This document shows, one piece after another, positions 36,873-41,881 of a stretch of DNA of 41,881 nt (positions are counted from its first letter, which is position 1; each line of letters begins with the position of its first letter). Source of the stretch: Candidatus Calditenuaceae archaeon HR02 (GTDB lineage: Archaea > Thermoproteota > Nitrososphaeria_A > Caldarchaeales > Calditenuaceae). The notes under the pieces were generated by a model, which did not search any database, was not told the DNA's origin, and saw nothing but the letters and a program-made list of their open reading frames with translations. Made by a program: the position numbers and the translations under genes. The stretch spans positions 1 through 41,881 of the forward strand of contig BEHE01000016.1 of the NCBI GenBank assembly GCA_002898395.1, written 5' to 3'.

Positions 36873-37832
36873 CTATCTACCCACCTTTGAAAGCTCGTTC
36901 TTTACTTCCCGCGCAGCCATCGCTACTGCCTCCCTGCTATTGTGTCTCGGCCTCCAGCCCAGGGTCATCAGCTTGCTAATATCTAAATGCATAAACTTAA
37001 CATCACCCGGCCAACCTCGACCACCGGGACCCCCCATGAAGACATACTCCACACCCTTGAGGTTTAAGGCCTCGCAGACTGTGTCGGCGACTTCTCTGAC
37101 TGTTATGGCGTCGATGCTTCCTACGTTGTATGCCTCGAAGCCGCCGACACTTGCTTCAATCGATACTAATGTAGCCTCTACCGCGTCGCCTACCCATATG
37201 TAGGACTTCTTCTGCGTGCCGTCGCCCAGTATCTCGAGCCTAGTTGGGTTTACGAGGAGCTTTCTGGTAAAGTCGTAGACTACGCCGCGCCTCGCCCTCC
37301 GGCCGACGATGTTGGCGTATCTTAGTGCTACTGCGGGGAGGTTGTATGTTTGGGCGTAGGCTGAGAGTAGGGCTTCGCAGGCAAGCTTTGAGGCTCCGTA
37401 TGTTGAGATTGGCTTCATTGGTGAGTAGTCTTCGGGTGTTGGCAGTGTTTTTGCCTCACCGTAGACTGTGGAAGAGGATGCGAATGCTATGAGTGGTATG
37501 TCGTGTCGTCTGGCGGCTTCCAGGATGTTTAGTGTTCCTCTTATGTTGTGTTCTAGATGTTCTTCTGGGTCTCCCATTCTGACTTCAGGGTTTGCGGCTA
37601 GGTGGATTATTGTTCTGCAGCCCTGCAAAGCCTTGTTGACTGCCTCCCTATCTCTTATGTCGCCTTCGACGATCTTGAGCAGTCTGTTGCCTCTATGGTG
37701 CGCTATGTTTGCCTGCTGGCCGGATGAGAAGTTGTCCAGCACCACTGTCTCTACTTGCTGTTTGAGGAGCCTGTCTAGTATGTGGCTTCCAAGGAAGCCG
37801 GCTCCACCCGTGAGGAGTACCGGGCCTTCCAT
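36873..37832 (-). CDS. NAD-dependent nucleotide-sugar epimerase/dehydratase (GalE-like)
   Basis: TGGAGFLG, HLAANP, SSSTVYG, YGASK and GDGTQKKSY. Confidence 0.92.
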   Translation of the reverse strand: MEGPVLLTGGAGFLGSHILDRLLKQQVETVVLDNFSSGQQANIAHHRGNRLLKIVEGDIRDREAVNKALQGCRTIIHLAANPEVRMGDPEEHLEHNIRGTLNILEAARRHDIPLIAFASSSTVYGEAKTLPTPEDYSPMKPISTYGASKLACEALLSAYAQTYNLPAVALRYANIVGRRARRGVVYDFTRKLLVNPTRLEILGDGTQKKSYIWVGDAVEATLVSIEASVGGFEAYNVGSIDAITVREVADTVCEALNLKGVEYVFMGGPGGRGWPGDVKFMHLDISKLMTLGWRPRHNSREAVAMAAREVKNELSKVGR

Positions 37833-37833
37833 T

Positions 37834-37989
37834 CTATTCTTTCTGCTGTGTGGAGGCGTTTAACACCCTTTTGACGTAGTTGTATTTGTTTCTCTCCCTC
37901 GGAGTCGGTGACCTGTGCGGCCTTGGCTCTATCTTCGGTGTCTGGCTCCTGACCTTACCTGCCTTTGTTATAGAACCGTGTGATGGCAT
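37834..37989 (-). CDS. rps30e: 30S ribosomal protein S30e (not in ORF track)
   Basis: [51 protein letters not shown]; ATATATAT about 22-30 nt upstream. Confidence 0.95.
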   Translation of the reverse strand: MPSHGSITKAGKVRSQTPKIEPRPHRSPTPRERNKYNYVKRVLNASTQQKE

Positions 37990-38435
37990 TTCGCGGGTTA
38001 CTATTGATTGCATATATATTAGGTTTCCGTAGGTTTGTCAACCTGAGGGGGCGAACCTAAGTTCTTTATGCTTAGATAAGTGTTTAGGGTAGATTTGGCT
38101 ATTATTCGCTCTGCTGGTATTTTTGATTGACAACTCCCTGGACGATAAGATAGTCCTCTGAATGAAAGTTAAGCTAGGATGGATACGTAAAAAATGTCAG
38201 ACGCTCATGGATGGGTACGATGGCTCGCATCTCTATAGTTTTGGTTAGTGTGGGCGTAAAGAGAAGAAACGCAGATCCATGAACAGTGGCATCCTGGGAA
38301 GAGAGGCCCCCTCCCGGCTCCCTATGGGGGGATAAGTGGAAGCCCGATTTGGATGTAAGCATTTTTCTAATTGTCAGTTCCAACGAAACAGTAGCTCATT
38401 TTCTTTCTTCTATGATCGGGGGGATCGTAATCGTC

Positions 38436-39514
38436 TGCCTTGTGGCTTATTTCATAGTCTTTTCCCGGCTGCTGAGCCTATTCTCTGGCTTTGTATTGGT
38501 GCTTCTCGTGTTCTGAGGGTGTTTCTTTATAAAGAGTAAGGCCTATGGCCTACCAATACTTCCCTCTCCTCAATGACTTCTTACTGGGGGAGGGTTGATG
38601 AGAGGCTGATTAGGAGGGGTGAGATAATACTGGACCTTAGGTTCGTTAGGAGTTATTCTGATGAGCTTAGGGAGTTGAATTATGGTAAGAGGGGAGGCCA
38701 TACAGGATAACGAATAGCCTCATCATATTCCTAGCTGTTCTTGGTATGTTTTCTCTGTAGGGTTTAGGCAGCTGGAGGGGTTCACTATAGCCCTTAGGAA
38801 GATATTCCCAATACTTCCTAGCATAGACTATTCATGGGTTAGGGGGAGGATGATGAGGCTAGGTATCGATCTAAGCCCCCTAAAGGCATTGAGAGATTCT
38901 AGAGGGCCTATAGCAATAGTCTTGGATTCTACTGGCGTTAGGGCATGTAGGGCTGGTTCTTGGCTTGAGAGGAAGTATGGTGAGAGGAGGAGGTATGTCA
39001 AGATACATGTAGCTGTGAACGCTAAGACTGGAGAGATGGTGGACTTGGAGTTGTCTAGGGATGGTGTTCGCGACTCTGAGGCTGCTGAGGGAGTGGTGGA
39101 TAGAGTTGTTAAGGCTGTTGAGATATCTAGGGTAATAGCTGATGGAGCATAAGACTCTATAAGGCTGTACAGACGTCTCGAGGCTATGGGCATAGAGCCT
39201 GTAATAAGGCCTAGAAGGAACGCCATAACGGACAGAGGACCTCTCTCGAGGAGGTCAGCCGCTAGGATGATAAGAGAGCTAGGATTATGATATATGGCGC
39301 AGGATAGTAGGCTATAACAGCAATATCAGTCTTCAAATCCATACTCGGAGAAGAAATACTATCCAATAAGCCAAAGATGGATGAAGATAGAGATAATACA
39401 GAAGGCATACATATACAACCTCCTACTAAACGCCGCATAAAACCAAGACAAAGAACCACCAGCAGGAGAACAGGAGAAGAGGGTATCAAGCTAGAGGAAT
39501 TAAGCCACAAGGCA
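38436..39514 (+). mobile_element. IS5-family (IS903-like) insertion sequence, 1079 bp
   Basis: Perfect 14-bp TIR TGCCTTGTGGCTTA (38436-38449) / TAAGCCACAAGGCA (39501-39514), 17/18 when extended; 8-bp TSD TAATCGTC at 38428-38435 and 39515-39522. Confidence 0.92.
38572..39430 (+). pseudogene. IS5 DDE transposase pseudogene
   Basis: RLIRRGE, GKRG/RPY (frameshift), RQLEG, IDYS, DSTG, KIHVAV and ADGA*D (TAA at 39150-39152). End approximate. Confidence 0.85.
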
Positions 39515-39562
39515 TAATCGTCAATACAACATTTAAATACACGTTCAGTTTTCAACCCTTAA

Positions 39563-41881
39563 ATGTCTAAAATCTATCAAGGTAGGATATACCGGCTCTT
39601 TCCGTTACTAATTGCTTTTAGCCTGTTTTTTCCAAGCGTGTGTATACCGCTCATTCTCACATCAGCTTCAGCTGTAGAAGATGTTCCCGAGCTGAATGAG
39701 AGAGGCGGTATAGTTGATGTTCGAGTGGGACCTACACCTAGATACGGGTCACTCGTTCTAGGACTTGTATACATAAGTATATCCGAAGAAAGTTTAGGTA
39801 AAGTCAAGCTTAACATCGAAGCGGCTTCGCGTGAACAAGTGCCAAATCAGGAAATTTGGCTCGAGCTGTGGACAGGGAGAATCCAGCCTAGTGAGAGTGT
39901 GTGGTGGGTGGACAGGACCAAGTTAGCCGCATCGGATATTAACAATTTGAGACTAGAATATGTGCCGATAGTGGCTAGAGTTATGACGCTTGCCATAGTA
40001 TGGATTAAAAGCGATAACCGAGACACAATCTCGGTCAGAGTAAACGTCACATCTTCTCCAATAGAAATAATCGAGTCTCCGCCAACGATTAATGATGTAT
40101 TGTTGGAGAGTAGTGATACACCTGAATCGCCGGTTTTTGCGGACCTGGTTTCTAAACTAGGCAGAGACCCGGTCAAGATACACGAATATGTGCGAAATAA
40201 CGTGTTTTTCGATACGTATTGGGGTGTTCTTCGAGGCGGGCTTAGAACATATTATGACAGCTATGGGAACAGCCTGGACCAGTCTAGTCTATTAATATCT
40301 CTTTTAAGGACGGCAGGCTTTCCCGCTAGATATGCTTTCGGCGTAGTTAAGATACCTTTAACAACCCTCGCTGAGACTCTTGGTCTAAGAATCACTTCGT
40401 CAAACATAGATGATGCAGTTCAAATCTACAGGCTCGCGGGACTGCTACATTACGCAGATAGAAATAATGCAATGATATACCATGTATGGGTAAGAGCATT
40501 TATAAACGGTACATGGATTGACCTCGACCCATCTCTTAAAAAAATAGTTGTAAAAACTGACTTGCCTATTTCTGGCCTCGCTAACCCCCCCTCACCATCC
40601 GTTTTAACAGGATGGGAAGACGCATTCGAAGAATACGTAAAGCCTCTCGCCGACTTACCAGTAATAGACATAACAACTGGGAATTGGATTATCAGTGAGA
40701 AGGGCCTCCACGGTCCGCCGGGTGAGTATGTGTTGCTAGGTCTGTATAGCAAGATTCCAGACGAGTATAGGGGCTTCATTACTTTTTACTACCCCCGCTG
40801 GATTATCACGAGGTACGATTTTTCCGCCGGTAATTATTCGTTTACGCTTCCCACCTCAGCGCTGGGCGCCTATAGGTTGACGGGCCGCTTCATACCAGCA
40901 TCTAAAGAAGTTGCAGACTACATTGCAAGCCGCCCGCAGGGTTTAAGCGGGGTTAACGTCGATGATAGACGGGTCTGGCTTAGGCCTCAATTCCTACTAA
41001 ACGGGATGGTGTTGTCGATTGGTGATCCAGCACCTCCTGGCTACTATCTCCCTGTTAAGGTGAAATTCAGGGTTACTCTACCGTTCCAAGGTTCTTTCAC
41101 AGGGTGGGGTGATGAATCCCTAATGGGCTATGCGGCTTTTGTCCCAGACTTTATGAAAACACGCGCCTATGGGGAAATTGGCATAGAGGGCTCACGCGGG
41201 ATCGTGTTATCCATGATTAACCCGGAGTTGACGAGGGGGATGGACAAGGACGAGATTGTAGGACGCATACTTTATCTCCAGACGCGGCGTTACCAGATTG
41301 AGAGATGGCATCAAATCGAGCGTATATGGGACAATAGATGGATAGTCCAGATATTTCCACTCAACATTCATAAAGCAGAGCTTTACCAGCTCATAAACTC
41401 CCAGGGAAAAATTGTATATGGCCCACCCATGTTTAGCGCCGGCATAGGATGGAACTCTATAGCGTCCTACTGGGTTGTAGATCCTGTTTGGGGCATACTT
41501 ACGAAGACACGGCCAGGGCAAAAGGTCTCAATATCTGAACTGGATCCGAAGACGATCCCCTCGTATCTTCCGGGCTCATTCTATGAAGGTGAAGTAGTGG
41601 GGGCGATACATGGAACAATACCTTACTCTACAGTACATACATTCATGTACGCAGCCTCTAAGGGAATAAGAATTTTATACGTTAATAGGGACAATGTAAC
41701 CTCTCTACCTGGCTCAATACCGCGCTGGATAAGAGAAAGTGTTGCCCGGATTGCAGAAGAGTGGAAGGATGTAGAGTTCAACGCCTTCATGCCAGAATAT
41801 CCCGTGGAACCCGACGTGTTGTCTATATTCATCAGTGATGACCCCGCGGCTAGACCGCCGAAAATAGACTTAGCGGGGCAG
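39563..41881 (+). CDS. Large secreted protein with transglutaminase-like domain, 3'-partial (not in ORF track)
   Basis: Read by hand as 773 codons with no stop to the window end. Signal peptide, GNSLDQSSLLISLLRTAGFPARY, HVWV and WIDLDPS; TTTAAATA about 24 nt upstream. Confidence 0.88.
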   Translation, partial: MSKIYQGRIYRLFPLLIAFSLFFPSVCIPLILTSASAVEDVPELNERGGIVDVRVGPTPRYGSLVLGLVYISISEESLGKVKLNIEAASREQVPNQEIWLELWTGRIQPSESVWWVDRTKLAASDINNLRLEYVPIVARVMTLAIVWIKSDNRDTISVRVNVTSSPIEIIESPPTINDVLLESSDTPESPVFADLVSKLGRDPVKIHEYVRNNVFFDTYWGVLRGGLRTYYDSYGNSLDQSSLLISLLRTAGFPARYAFGVVKIPLTTLAETLGLRITSSNIDDAVQIYRLAGLLHYADRNNAMIYHVWVRAFINGTWIDLDPSLKKIVVKTDLPISGLANPPSPSVLTGWEDAFEEYVKPLADLPVIDITTGNWIISEKGLHGPPGEYVLLGLYSKIPDEYRGFITFYYPRWIITRYDFSAGNYSFTLPTSALGAYRLTGRFIPASKEVADYIASRPQGLSGVNVDDRRVWLRPQFLLNGMVLSIGDPAPPGYYLPVKVKFRVTLPFQGSFTGWGDESLMGYAAFVPDFMKTRAYGEIGIEGSRGIVLSMINPELTRGMDKDEIVGRILYLQTRRYQIERWHQIERIWDNRWIVQIFPLNIHKAELYQLINSQGKIVYGPPMFSAGIGWNSIASYWVVDPVWGILTKTRPGQKVSISELDPKTIPSYLPGSFYEGEVVGAIHGTIPYSTVHTFMYAASKGIRILYVNRDNVTSLPGSIPRWIRESVARIAEEWKDVEFNAFMPEYPVEPDVLSIFISDDPAARPPKIDLAGQ

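Noticed and set aside
39577-41832. Six short minus-strand ORFs
   Set aside because: They are shadows of the long plus-strand ORF starting at 39563.

Overview
Chromosomal segment of a TACK-type archaeon, probably thermophilic and Aigarchaeota/Thermoproteota-like. Support: rpoN-eno-rps2, rps30e, TATA boxes about 25 nt before leaderless starts, and many GTG/TTG starts. In order it carries an IS6 remnant, lutC/lutB-CCG lactate oxidation genes, RPA, a KaiC/RAD55 ATPase, rpoN-eno-rps2, a THUMP tRNA methyltransferase, an orphan CoxL/CutA-type molybdo-hydroxylase subunit, lsrF, a PqqD-like gene between perfect 97-bp direct repeats, a nucleoside hydrolase, a ParB/Srx protein and a trpDCFBA operon lacking trpEG. 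Then come a PLD nuclease, a copper/sulfur cluster (SCO, YeeE, TusA, YHS chaperone, CopA), a glycan module (GT2, TackOD1-like protein, DPM2-like membrane protein, epimerase), rps30e, a decayed IS5 element with TIRs and an 8-bp TSD, and a >773-aa secreted transglutaminase-like ORF running off the window. Several small genes missing from the ORF track were found by hand. The most notable candidate novelty is a leaderless Trp-codon mini-ORF with mutually exclusive hairpins ahead of the trp operon, a possible archaeal ribosome-dependent attenuator. All family assignments come from motif recognition, not database searches.
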